DNA from: Octopus bimaculoides
Taxonomy: Eukaryota
Direction: 5' to 3'
Assembly (NCBI RefSeq): GCF_001194135.2
Contig: NC_068986.1
Span: 51,653,906-51,713,755, forward strand
Length of the DNA stretch: 59,850 bases
Below the pieces are notes generated by a model that saw only the letters and a program-made list of their open reading frames with translations, had not been told where the DNA came from and searched no databases. This document shows positions 12,111-25,274 of this stretch, in pieces (positions within the stretch are counted from its first letter, which is position 1; each line of letters begins with the position of its first letter). The translations under genes were made by a program, and so were the position numbers.

Positions 12111-13160
12111 TGCTAAGAAAAACGCAATTGGTAGAAAAATTCCAAATTGATTCACATTCTCTGCAGTATTGATGTCAGCCAAAAAAAAAAAAAAAACAGA
12201 AAGGAATTTTATCACCAGCATTTTGGTAGTTTAATGTCAAAAATATATATATAATAATAAATAAATAATAAACAATGAAATAAACTATATGGTGGGGGTT
12301 ATCTAAATGCTTTTATGCTATCTTCAAACATGAATGGTACTTGCCAATAAATACAAGGTATCACTTTTAATATTCATGAAATACCATCTACATAGTTTAA
12401 GGGTGAAGAGGTCCCCATTCAAAAGGAACAAGTTATCTATTTTCTCCAATGAAAATATGAAGGATTTTTATTTTTACTTTTATTACTTATTTATCTATTT
12501 ATCTAGTTTTTCTTTATATCATTGTTGGATGGCATCAAATAAATTCAAAACATAATCCAAAGGAGCATGAAAAATGTTTGCCTAGTTGCACTCTTTCCTG
12601 TATTATATTTTATTATATTTTTACATGTGTTTGTAGATGTACAGATCTTGTAAAGTAAACGTATCCTCTGATGGATTCAATGATGATTATTCTCCATCCA
12701 GTTAACTGATCAAAAAAGAACTACCTACTCATCGAATTACATACGAGTGGTTGAGCATTTCACAGTCACTTGAACTCTTAGCACAAAATCCTTGGAATAA
12801 CACTGTGTCTTTGACAATGCTGTGCATGTAGCTATGTTCCAAACTTGCTTGCACAGTTTAGGTGTAATATCTGACATGCTGATTAGAAACTAAAACTATA
12901 TTTAGAGAGAACACACTTCTTGGTTCAAAGAACTAACTAGAAAAACCTCAAATTTTGGGGGGCAATCATGCTGGTGATTTCATCAAAAGAGACACAAGTG
13001 CAAAAATCAAAAATCTAAAGAAATAAGAAGCAAGTGATTTCAGTACATGCCTAAAGAGCCTTTATAATGCTTATAGATGAGTCTAAGTATTGCACTTCCT
13101 GACTTACATGTTTTACAAATAAATTATATACCCATGATATATATTAATCAAATTCAATGA

Positions 13161-13611
13161 CAGCACCGCATGACTGGCATCCGTGCTAGTAGAGTTCTAA
13201 GAGCACCATCTGAGCGTGATCGTTGCCAGGGCTGCTGACTGGCTCCTGTGCCAGTGGCACATAAAATGCACCATTAGAGCGTGATTGTTACCAGCATCGC
13301 CTTACTGGCACTTGTGCTGGTGGCACGTGAAAAACAACATTCGAGAGAGGTTGTTGCCAGTGCCGCTGGACTGGCTCCTGTACAGGTGGCACGTAAAAAA
13401 CACCATTTGAGCATGGCCATTGCCAGTACTACCTGACTGGCACATAAAAGCACCCACTACACTCTTGGAGTGGTTGGCGTTAGGAAGGGCATCCAGCTGT
13501 AGAAACTCTGCCAGATCAGATTGGAGCTTGGTGCAGCCATCTGGCTTGCCAGTCCTCGGTCAAACTGTCCAATCCATGCCAGCATGGAAAGCGGACGTTA
13601 AACAATGACGA

Positions 13612-13613
<2 letters not shown>
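13161..13613 (+). mobile_element. Family A retroposon with 4-5 units of ~66 bp
   Basis: Repeated GTTGCCAG..ACTGGC..GGTGGCAC.TAAAA units followed by the shared RTE-like tail; (TA)n follows. Confidence 0.9.
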
Positions 13614-13650
<37 letters not shown>

Positions 13651-13775
13651 GAAGTTATTGTATACAATGCTCAGAAGCATTACTTAAATATCACACACAC
13701 ATACACACACTGATAGATAGATATACATACTCATTATATACACTATAATGTATAGGTGACATCATATTATGTGTG

Positions 13776-13823
<48 letters not shown>

Positions 13824-13899
13824 ATAATATAGACATATATATAATACATATACATAGTATATATAATAAAATAGATATACATATTATAGAAAACATTTA

Positions 13900-14288
13900 A
13901 AATCCACATTTCCAAGCTTGCATGAGTCAGATGAAATTTGTTGAAGCAAATTTTTCTATGACCAGATGCCTTTCCTGTCAACAACCTTCACCTGTTTCCA
14001 TATAAGGTAATGATCCTTTAGTCTACCAAACAAGGAACAGCCCGGATATAGTTATACTGTGAAAGTGGAAACAACCTCATTTGAATTATCTTCTTTTTTT
14101 CTGCATCACCTCGCATTTTTATTTTTTCTTTACAAATATCATGCATCATATTAAGACATATGAGGCCCAAAGATGTTTTGTCAAATGACTACAAGCAACA
14201 CAAAGCCTGTATTGATAGTGAGACTGTTGTTTACAGTCAGGAAACACACATGAATATGAGAGACAATACAAATTCACTCACACAAACA

Positions 14289-14353
<65 letters not shown>

Positions 14354-14430
14354 ACAGGCTCCTTTAGCTTCTTTCAACTATTTTCCCTTCACAAAATGTT
14401 GATTAATCTATGACTATAACAGTCCACCAC
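13900..14430 (-). mobile_element. Composite SINE (B head + microsatellite + A2 body/tail), old and interrupted
   Basis: CCAGATGCCTTTCCTGTCAACAACCTTCACCTGTTTCC at 13961-14000; (TA)n(CA)n 14291-14352; degraded head after it. Confidence 0.6.
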
Positions 14431-15184
14431 ATAGCTATCTATAGTCAATATAAGCGGGTACACTTGACCACTGCACACAGTGGGAACACAGTAGAACTGC
14501 AAGGTGTTCTGTGAACTTGGGAGGCCTTAGTGTAACTGCTCTTGTAGATATGACCAGAAGAAATTTTGAATTTCATATGTATACTGAAATATACTGTAGA
14601 CAGAAAATAAATTTCCAGCCAATTCTTTCTCTCCCTCATTCCAAGCACATGTATATAAGATATATCCATATACACAAGAATACTCACACACACACACACA
14701 CAAAAGCTATTTTTGGTAATCCACAACCACCATTACTGTTTCAAAACTGAATTAAATGTAGTTTCCTTTTCTTGTTTTCCTTAAACAAGTTATTAAAATG
14801 TCCTTAGTAAAGTAATAAAAATGTAAATGTATTTATCATTGAACTGAAAATAGCACATAAATGCTTAAGTAAAAAGAAAAAAAATGAAAACCAAAAGTAA
14901 AAGAACTACAATCTGGTGTATTTGTTAACTTGCTGAAAGCTGTGCAAAGAGTTTAAAACATTGAGTAGAAATGGGATGTTTCATTTGATATTTGGAGTAA
15001 GGTAGGAGAGTAGGGGGTGTAAGAGTAGAAAACAACAAAAGTTATATATATGCAAACATTGAGTGAAACATAAAACACAGCCATCCACAACTTCTGTCAG
15101 ATTGGGTAAGAGGTAATAAATTTAATCTAGAAGTCTTGAGAAGGAAGTTGCTTCAGATCTTATGCTACACAGTAAAGTATATGA

Positions 15185-15224
<40 letters not shown>

Positions 15225-15884
15225 AAAAGAGTTTGCACCAACATTAAATAGCGGGTAGGTAAGTAGGTTTTAAACATAGAGCAAAGCTATTTCTCTGACA
15301 AATGAAATAAATGCAAGAATTAATACACAAATGCAAACCAAGAATGAACTGACTTCTGCTATTCCAAATTCTGGCTGCTGGCCAAACAATAAGCCAATAA
15401 ACTATGCTTTATTTTTATTTTCATTTTTCTTTATCCCCATCCCCCGTTGCCTCTAAGAACACTGGGGTTGTTTTTTTTTTATGATGCTTCTGTTATGTCT
15501 TAGAACTGAACATAATGAGATCTCAGTAAATAACTAACCCAGAATCAGCTATCTCAGAACCTTGTCTCCAGATGTAGTGCTTCAATCCACTTATATTACT
15601 CTCATTTCTCCAAGTCATTTCCGCTATTATAAATTTTGTTCAGATGAGGCTATATATTTAACTTATTAAAAAACGCTTGACCATTAATAACTTATTTGAA
15701 CAAAGAAAGAATTAACATTGAGTTAAAGTGATAAAATTAACTCAACTGGTCCTAAATTTATCCAACCAAAATAAAAGTTTAATTCCTAAAGAATTTAACC
15801 AAGACACAAAATGTAGAAGTAGCAATTTTAAGTACAAATTTCAACAACTTATACTAATTCTACAATCCTGAAATCTATTAAATT

Positions 15885-16075
15885 ATCATCATCATCATTT
15901 AATATTTGCCTTCCATGCAGGCATAGGTTGGACAGTTTGACAGTACCTCAAGCTACTGTGTGTGTTTTGGCAGGGTTTTTATGGCTGGATGCCCTTCCTA
16001 ACACCAACCACCCTGCAGGGTTGACTGGCACCAGCACAGGCAAACTCAGTTTTGGCATGGGTTTTACAGTTGGAG
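15885..16075 (-). mobile_element. Family A tail, degraded
   Basis: (TCA)n..TTCCATGCAGGCATAGGTTGGAC..GGCTGGATGCCCTTCCTAACACCAACCAC. Confidence 0.75.
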
Positions 16076-16306
16076 AGTAACATAGGTTCAAAATGTCTTT
16101 ATCATATACTGACTTAATTAAGGCTGACCCAAGGGCTAAAGACCAACAGGCTTAGCCATTAATTTTAATAGTTATGACTTTTGAAACAAAATAGTTATTT
16201 ATAAACTATTGTTAAGACAAAAAAAAATGTTAATATTCAATAGATTCAGTGTTTTAAAGAAGTAGATAAACTATGATAAATTGATTTGTTTTTTTTTTTA
16301 GGTGAT

Positions 16307-16382
16307 GATATATCATTTAAAAATCTATAAAGGACCATTTCAGATATATCATTTAAAAATCTATAAAGGACCATTTCAGATA
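16307..16382 (+). repeat. Perfect 36-bp tandem duplication
   Basis: GATATATCATTTAAAAATCTATAAAGGACCATTTCA x2, plus GATA. Confidence 0.97.
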
Positions 16383-18734
16383 GGCACAAGTAAAGTATTG
16401 TTGAGTTATACTTAAAATATATTTGAAAACACACCTGGAAAGAATTAGTTAATAAGTTCATATGTTGTACAGAAGATAAATCAACTTGCATATTATGATA
16501 AAAATATTATAACAAATCAGCTAAATATAATTTATAAATGTAATTTAAGCTTTCATTTATTTGATATTTCACATTTAATCAAATCATATTTTGAATTTTG
16601 TTTTTTGAATTTCTTATTAGACTTTCACATCTTGGTTTGATAAATTAAAAGCTTACACTAAAAGAATAATCTAAAATATGTATCTTGTAATGTAAGATTG
16701 AATCATTTACATTTTATGAATATTATAACATTACTTAACATATAAAAGATCATTTGAAAAATATGACTCGCATCAAAAGTCAATCAGTGTTCAACGAATG
16801 AAAATATTACATTATATTCTGGAAAAATTTACTTTACAGGAAGGAAAAACCAATCTTTAGAACTCCCATATCTAATAATGGGCACACTCAAGCTAATAGG
16901 GGTAAATAGCTTAAATGGTTAAAAGTCTCTTAGATTTAGATTAAGAACTAAGATGATCTGAAGTAGATTGCAGAAGTGGGGCATGGATCATAGCACATTC
17001 AGTCTTAGATTGGAAAACAGTGATAAATGATTACACTTGTTCTGTTTCAATTCCTGAAGGATGGTTTTTGGAAGCAGAAACATAAGCAGACAAAACAGAG
17101 AACTAAAATTTAAAAAATGCAGTTCTGAGAAAAAGAATAAGTGGAAAGTGTTTTATATAAGGTAATGTACATGAGACTGAGATGATGCTGAAGAGAAAGA
17201 GAGGCAGCAATAACAAGTGGCTCGCATAATGCATGAAGTTTAATTTTCAAAATATACATAATTACAACCAATAATAGTTTATAATTAAATATTGTCTTGT
17301 TTTGGCAACACTATACATTAAAGGATTAATTTGAGATGGTGCACATTCAGCAAGCTCGGAGGATACAAAACAATTATCAGTATAAGAAGAGAAACAACAA
17401 CAACAAAAAAACTGGATCTATTGATAGGAGACCAATGAAAGTTAACATTATAAGGATTAGAAAGCATCGTAATAGTAGTCAACTGAAATAGTGGTCCGTA
17501 CCATAACACTAATGCTCCAACAAGATACTGTTGCAAACCAAGTTTTCTTGTGATGATTGAAAAAATAACATACATTGTAAAAAGCTTCCCAATCACTTCT
17601 CCAAGTCAGTGTGAGTATTTGAACACATTAGTTCAAGCTAATTAAACACAAAATACTGTTGTTTCTCTGCTTTTACTGCTACTGCCTTTGAGGCAACCAC
17701 CTACAGCTGTGCAAAATTGGTTCTGAAAGTCCAGAATCTTGACCATGGACACAAAGCAGCAACATTGTTAGGATGTGAATTGTCAGTCTTGCTGTTTTAA
17801 TATATATATATTTTTTTCCCATTTACAGTTTGTTTATTACTATATTTTATAGTCAGACAAAGATAACAGAGAAAGGGAAGGGATTATTTTTTCTGTTGTT
17901 ATGTTTGCTTAATGAGTAACATCGAGGCAAGCAATTCAAGACAATTTTTTATTATTTATTTTCCTTTACTGTCATCCATCATTAACTGCTATGCTGCAAT
18001 CCCTCTCTCACGTATTACTCTTTCCTTAATCACTCTTTGTTGACATACATCATTCTCCATCACTTTCATTACTCCCTCTTTCATCTCTGTCTCTGTCTCC
18101 TTACCAACAGCTAACAAGCAAGCAGCTACCTATCATTGTCCCTCTTCCAATACTAATTCTCCCAACAGCTCGTGCTCCTATCATTTTGACTCCGTTGTCA
18201 TAGATACTCACTCATTCACACAATTGATCATCAATCTATACCTCTATTCCACATCTCAGTCACATTTATCTTGACCAAATGAAGACAACATAGAATAGAG
18301 AAGGACTTTGTAATCTTGTAAGAAACACAGCAACCTCTTTAATGTTGGTGCCACAATAAAATAGACCATTTCATATGATAAAATTGTTGGAATTATAAAG
18401 GGCAATGAGCAGCATAAGCCATTCTGAAATACAATAAACATGTGAAATATGATGTTTCAACTGATCTAGAAGCACTCTAGCTCCAAATAAGAACTGAATC
18501 AGTTAGTGTTGAGCCACCTAACTCATATCAGCATGTAAAACAGACGTAACATGAAGATCATGACAATGATGATGACTCTGCTAATGCAAGTAAATTTATT
18601 CAGTTTAACAGACAACTCAATAACAACAGCAAATGCAATTAAATGGTAAATACATTGCATTTAATGCAAACATTTTCTTGAAAATCAAATTGCACACAAA
18701 TGTTTATATGCTTATATGAGCATACATGCACACT

Positions 18735-18945
18735 TTAGCACCAGGTCAACCATGGTTAATTGAACTTATGATCAAAAGTGTCACAGCTGTGACTACTTTT
18801 TTTTTTGTTTTTCTTCTTCTAGATACAGTTAATGTGATTACATTAATTAAAGTGCCTGTTTTTTTTTTCTTAAGAAAAAGTGTAATTTGAGAGAAATTTG
18901 GCTGCTAATTCTAATCAGTCAATCAACTATGTTGATGTTCCCTTG
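18735..18945 (-). mobile_element. Family H interspersed repeat
   Basis: Reverse complement of the TAGCAGCCAAATCTC..AAATCAC block seen at 50395, 53730 and 54790. Confidence 0.65.
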
Positions 18946-19426
18946 TCGGCGCACTGTCTATTTGAAACTACCTGAAAGCAACTACAAAGATATGTAATTA
19001 AATAAATACTGCTATGCTATTTATCATATCAAGTAGTCAGCAGTTTTTACTAAGCTCCAGAGACATAGCATTCTATCTAGTTAGTTATTGCTACAATTGA
19101 AGAGTTTTTAAAGATTTCCTTCAAACCTTCAAAAAAGATGTCAAAATCATGTTAAGTATATTGTAATCAAACTTGAGAATAAAATAAAATAAAATAAAAC
19201 ACATCAATTGCTTCTATAATTGCTTCAGTTATCAGCATGTTTAAAGTAGAAAGGAGGAAGCATTTTAATGTTATCAGCAAAGTGGAAGACTTTATGCTAA
19301 ATTAAAGCTGAACTAAAATGTCTATATAGGTCTTCTTAAGAAGCACTACATATTTAATTCTTGCTGTCATTTGCAAATGAATAGGTAAAAAAAGAAAAAC
19401 AAAATAAAAGAAAACAGAAAGAAAAT

Positions 19427-19437
19427 TACTACTACTG

Positions 19438-19494
<57 letters not shown>

Positions 19495-19520
19495 ATAATA
19501 ATAATAATAATAATAATAAT
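19427..19520 (+). repeat. (CTA)n(ATA)n compound microsatellite
   Basis: Direct inspection. Confidence 0.97.
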
Positions 19521-19774
19521 TTTGCTAACTAGTTTTTAGTTTATTAAAGAAAGAAAGAAGGTAAAAAAAACTAACGCAAACTTAAAATAAGGTATCATCA
19601 TGTTTGTTATATTAAATTATGCAAAGTCAAAGGAAATAAAGATAAGATGACAGCAAGGCCATCAACACATATGCAGATATATACATACACTTAACTAGGA
19701 GTTTAGATCATTACTGTCGTTCTTCCCCCCACTAAAACCCACAAACTCTAAAACAATTCAAAGAAGATTCTTTC

Positions 19775-19965
19775 GATCTTTAGGGGATAGGGTAAGTCAA
19801 TTACTTCGATTACCATAGCTCAACTGGTTCTTATTTTATCGACCCTGAAACAATGAAAGGCAAAGTCAACCTCAGTGGAATTTGAACTCAGAACATAAAA
19901 GGTGGACGAAGTGCATGTTAAACATCTTGCTCAGTGTGCTAACACTTTAGCCAGCTCGCTGCCTT
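19775..19965 (-). mobile_element. Family C SINE
   Basis: TTTATCGACCCTGAAAC.ATGAAAGGCAAAGTCAACCTCAGTGGAATTTGAACTCAGAAC..GCCAGCTCGCTGCC. Confidence 0.85.
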
Positions 19966-20224
19966 TCTCTCAACTAATATTACATGTAAGAGATATTCAC
20001 TAAACAATATAACTAGTTTTAGGATTAGAATCTGTAAGACTGAAGAGAGAGGGAAATCATGATTCGCAAAGTTTAAAGAAAGAGAAAGTGTAACAAAGCT
20101 TGTTTACTGAAATTAACAAAGAGATTATCATTCTCAGACAGCGTCTAAGAATTATAAAATCAGCAGTACTTAATTTTAGTACAGCTAAGTTCACAGGCTT
20201 AAGTGCGTATGTGTGTGTGCATTT

Positions 20225-20399
20225 GTAGGCGCTGGTATGGTTGTGTGGTTACAAAGCTTGCTTTGCAACCATATGGTTTCAGGTTCAATCTCACTTCACA
20301 ACACTTAAGGCAAGTGTCTTCTACTATAGGCTACAGGCAAACCAATGCCTTGTGAGTAAATATGGCAGATAGAAACTGCATGGAAGCCTGATATGTGCA

Positions 20400-20456
<57 letters not shown>

Positions 20457-20672
20457 ATTTCCCCACCTCAACTGAGTGACAATTGGTATCAATTTGTTTA
20501 CATCTCCATAATTTAGCTGGTCAGTAAAAAGAAACTGCTAAAATAAGCACCAAACATGAAAAAATATATATATACTGGTGTCGATTTGTGCAATTAAACT
20601 CTACAAGGCAGTGCTTTAGTATGGTTGCAGTCCAATGACTGAAACAAGTTAAAAACAATAAAAGATATAAAA
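20225..20672 (+). mobile_element. Family B SINE with internal (TG)n
   Basis: Head, (TG)n 20402-20454, tail ..AATGACTGAAACAAG. Confidence 0.85.
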
Positions 20673-21062
20673 AAAACAGACAGAGATACTCAGCCTACTA
20701 TTTCTGTGGTCACAATCAATTGATCATTAACAAATAAGCACATACACACACATTAGATTAGATAATTGAATTTCAAAATACAATTTCCATTTCTTATTAT
20801 AAATATTTGGAATAAAAACATTTATTGTTCCCATAACAATTTTTGTTATACTATCATGGAAAATATCTGAACTAAAATATAATGATGGAATACAATTTGA
20901 ATTCAGACCGCTAAAGAGAGCTAGTACACTTCAATTGTTTTCTGAAAGGAAACCTAAACAACACAATTAGCATAGAAACAAAAACTTAACTAAATAAAAA
21001 TACAGAGAAAGAGAGAGTGAGTGACAGACAGAGATTCAATAAAAAGAGTTAACAACACAAAA

Positions 21063-21098
<36 letters not shown>

Positions 21099-21574
21099 TT
21101 CATTTTGCTTGTACTTTCTCTATAATTAATTCATGAATGAAAGCAGAAATTTAATTTAAGAAATCAACAGTTAGTAATCTGTAATTGTTAGGTCAGGATA
21201 GAATATCAATGCAACAACAATAATAGCTTGTAAAAGAAACAATTAAGTATCGGATTTTATTTCAAGGGAAGATATCTATTATTTCTTGTTCTAAACAGAA
21301 AAACAGAAAAGAAGAGCAAGTAGTAAAAGTAATGTGGAAGACAGATCTTAGAATAACTGAATCAATCCAATAAACAGATAAGGAAACTAGCATGAGATGA
21401 CAAGAAATGAACAGGAGATCCCCCCTCTCTCTCTCTGATTGGATTGTACCCAGATCTAAAAGTGACAATGTAAGAATCAAGTATTGGCTAATAAGGTCTT
21501 GTGTTAATTTGATTCATATCCGTATACTGGCAGCCTAGTTAAGACAAGTGGTAACAGAGTCAATTGGGGAGCTT

Positions 21575-21745
21575 CTGCATGGTTTTTAGACTTGCAAGAA
21601 ATAGCAGTAATAACTCTTTTAAACTCTACCCTGCCATATCAAAAAGAAAAGGAAATAATGTAATCCTAAAATGCCCATGGAAAAGACAGGATGGTTATGA
21701 TTGGAGTGTCTTCATCAGAGTTGACCCAGGATTAAGCAACACAAA
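21575..21745 (+). mobile_element. Family H repeat
   Basis: GACTTGCAAGAAATAGCAG..GAGTTGACCCAGGATTAAGCAAC. Confidence 0.6.
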
Positions 21746-21954
21746 AAAGGCATAAAATAATAAAATGAAAGCAGTGCCTCAGCATGACCACAGTCTAATG
21801 ACTGAGACAAGTAACGGATAAAATATATTTCCAAATTTAAATATTCAAATATCGTCCACATTACCATGTGCATCCTAGTTTTAGAACAGATGCACTAATG
21901 AAGAGACTGAGATTCTGGAAGATTCAAGCAAGGTGAAATTTTGATATCATGGTT

Positions 21955-22460
21955 TTAAAATCCACTTTTCCATGCTTGCATGGGTCAGGAAGAACTTAAT
22001 GAGGAGAATTTTCTATGGTCAGATGCCCTTGCTGTCATCAACCCTCATCTGTTTCCAAGCAACCTAATATTTCCTCATAGCCAGACATGTTTGCATAGCA
22101 TATTAGACATAAAAAGGCCTCCATTTACAACTATCATGCAAAGACACAAACATGGACACACATACACATCATTGCATCAACAAGACTATCAGATGTTATA
22201 CACCACTGGTTACAATGCACTTCCTTGCACTGCTGTATCTTTTCAATGATGCCACCCAGCTACCTAGATGAGCAGGCTAATATATATATATACACACACA
22301 CATATACACAACAGGTTTCTTTCAGTTTCCTTTACAAAATCCACTCACAAAGCTTTGGTTGGCCTGGGGCTATAGTAGAAGACACTTGTTCAAAGTGACA
22401 TACAGTGGGACTGAACCTGAAACCATGTGTTTGGGAAGCAACCACATAGCCATGCCTGTG
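21955..22460 (-). mobile_element. Composite SINE (B head + microsatellite + A2 body/tail)
   Basis: Same architecture as 35730-36092. Confidence 0.75.
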
Positions 22461-22764
22461 TCTGTACCATCAATTACAATTAGGGTAAACTAATTAAAAT
22501 TACTCTTGCAAAATGAGAAACAATATTCCTGAAATCACTAAAGTATGGAGGATTTAGCTTCACAAATGCATTGCAATAATAACTGAGAAGATTTATACTC
22601 TGAGAATCTTAAAAAGAAGTTTCAATGGTTGATGAAACACTGCCTAAATTACCAAAAAACTATGATGTGACCTCACTCACTACAAGTATCAGAATTTAAC
22701 TTAGCAGAGATCCAATGAAGAAGCCAATGTGAGAGACTCTACACAGAAAGTCTATAAAGGTGTA

Positions 22765-23160
22765 GCATTGCTGTGTGATTAAGAAGCTTGCATTGCAACC
22801 ACACAGCTTTAGGTTCAGTTCTACTGTGCAGTAGCATCTTGGGAAAGTGTCTTCTATTATAACTCCAGATCAGTAAATGCATTGTGAGTGAATTTAGTAG
22901 GTATGGCAGCTCATCATGTGTGTGTGTGCGCGCACATGCATATGTGTGTGTGTATATCTATGTCCCCCACTCCCACCACCACGTCACAACTGGCGCTATT
23001 TTGGTAAGTCTCAGTAACCTAGCGGTTCAACAAAAGAAACCAATAAAATAAGTACCTGACTTGAAATATAAGTACTGGGGTTAATTTGTTTGACTAAAAC
23101 CTTCAAAATGGTGTTCCAGCATCATGACCACAGTCCAACGACTGAAACAAATAAAAGATA
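22765..23160 (+). mobile_element. Family B SINE
   Basis: Head, (TG)n, tail. Confidence 0.85.
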
Positions 23161-23164
23161 ATCA

Positions 23165-23345
23165 CTGCTTGTTAAATATAGCAGACAAATGTCACTCAAA
23201 ATGTGTCAAAAATGCACAACACAGTGGTACACTGGATAATGTAGTTTGAGGTATTACTAAACCTGAAAAAAAAATGGGATGTTCATGACTTGAATTATCT
23301 ATAAGTTTGCTTGTTCAGAGTTGACTGGGTACAAAATAAAAAAAA
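23165..23345 (+). mobile_element. Family H repeat
   Basis: GCTTGTTAAATATAGCAGACAAATGTC..GAGTTGACTGGG. Confidence 0.55.
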
Positions 23346-23605
23346 AACAAATTTAGTTTGGTGATCCATCTTCACCAAGATTCAGACATGTAGAAAATGT
23401 GTGAAATCACCAAATTGATTCAAACATTACAGAAACTGTCATACAGTGCCAGACTTCAGGTGTTTACATTCTGAGAATTCAAAAGCAACAAATTTAGTTT
23501 GATCCATTTTCATTAAGAATCAGATACTAGTAAAACATGTGAAAAGTCATGAGAAATTATCATACTGCATCAGACTTAAAATGGTTACATTCTGAGAATC
23601 CATCA
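23345..23605 (+). repeat. Diverged tandem duplication, units of ~120-140 bp
   Basis: Both units run from AACAAATTTAGTTTG..GATCCAT to TTACATTCTGAGAAT. Confidence 0.8.
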
Positions 23606-24109
23606 TATGCAGCAGATGAGAAAATGAAATAATATGCCTACAAATAATGTGATGCAAAGTCAATTTAGAAGACATAAAATCCTGTAATTCCATGAATCTG
23701 CAATGAGAAAACCATTCCCCTGAGGTGCACACAAAATTAAATAAGTTAAGAAAAACGAAAAGGAAAATAATGCAAGCTTTCCCACACAGAATATTTAAGT
23801 AAAAAAAAAAAAAGCTATATTGGTTTATAAGATCATTTCTCCATTTCTGAATATGTGCTTTTGATCAGAATTCTGTTCAAAAATGATATTCAAAAGCAAA
23901 GACAGAAATTTAACCAGGGACCTTCATAACCAACTGTGTCTGATATGCTAACTATATAACAAGATATAAAAAAAATGTTCCAGGTTCAGTTTCTGTCCTA
24001 GTTTACAAAGTATCACCTGAATATGATTGGAAAGAATATCAATTGAAACATTGCATCAGCAACATATCTAAAGATGACAAAATAGTTTGAAAAGTAGATG
24101 TTCTCTAAG

Positions 24110-24492
24110 TCTTTTACTTGTTTCAGTCACTGGACTATAGCCATGCTGTGGCACAGCCTTGAACGGTTGAAACCACTTACATTGACTCACGTATTTATTC
24201 TCTAAGTCTCATATTTTATCACTCTCTTTTTATCAAATTGCCAGGTTATGGGGATATAAACAAATAAACACTGCTTGCCAAGCAGTAAAAGACTAGCATA
24301 AATACAATGATGTATGAACACACACATATATGACAAGCATCCTCAATTTTCATCTATGAATTTACTGGTCTGTGCAAAGCACTTGGAATATTCAAGGCAT
24401 TTAGAAAACACTTGCTCAAAGTACCATGCAGAGAGACTGAACCCAAAATCACATAGTTTCAAAGCAAACTTCTTAACCACACGACCATGCCT
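24110..24492 (-). mobile_element. Family B SINE
   Basis: TCTTTTACTTGTTTCAGTCA.TGGACT.. through ..CTTAACCACACGACCATGCCTG. Confidence 0.85.
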
Positions 24493-25078
24493 GTAATTAT
24501 TACAGGTATCACTATAAAAAAAGAAAAAAATTGAGAAACAAATATGTAAATAAATAGAATGAGCTACCAGAAGCAGTAAGCGAATTTAAGATAGGGAGGC
24601 AATCAAATTAAGAGTAGACTTGATAAAAAAAACATTTTGATGGGGTGGGACAAATTCAAGATAACAAGATTTGCTTCTTGGTGAAAGAGATCATCAAATT
24701 ATATTTTAATACTCCTCGTGTGGTCTCATCATCTTAAGTTGTTTTGGCAAAGTGTTTTCATTAACCAACCATTTTAATTTTTTTTTTTGTCTAAGATTTC
24801 TAAACAACAGAGATATGAAAAGAAACATTACAGATATTTCATGATTATTTAAACTCAATGAAACAGCTGAAGTTTTGGCATTCATTAAATGAAAAGTGAT
24901 AAAATTTTATATTCAAATTGCTAAAAAATAACAAAACAATAAAACTAGCTACATCAAAATATAGACTGAGTCTCTTGGGAGAGATAGATGACACCATAAT
25001 AGAATATTCCTTCTTGAATAGCATTAAAAATGATAATTTTTACATTCAGCAGGTATATAGAGCTTTTATGTTGCTTAA

Positions 25079-25274
25079 CCCTTTCATTACCACATTCCTA
25101 ATGAAATACACTGCCTTCATTTCAATTAATTTCAAAATTAGTAAAATAACTGTCATTAATCAGTTGATGTTTGGAGTATAAATTAGCATTAAATTTTGAT
25201 GAAAGGTATTAATTTACATCATTCTAGAGCAGAAAGTGTGTGTCAAGAGCCAGAGGCTGTCTGAAGCTGAAGAG
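25079..25274. mobile_element. piggyBac-type MITE (TTAA-flanked)
   Basis: TTAA|CCCTTTC .. GAAGAG|TTAA; interior resembles 54992-55213. Confidence 0.65.

Noticed and set aside
13161-13460. CRISPR-like appearance of palindromic repeats with variable segments
   Set aside because: Eukaryotic context, no cas genes; the variable parts are only 8-9 nt and the array is part of a dispersed retroposon.
17318-17596. 92-aa minus ORF and nearby splice-like sites (17187, 17611, 17828, 18423)
   Set aside because: No recognisable homology; the sites conflict in strand and lack matched strong donor/acceptor pairs.
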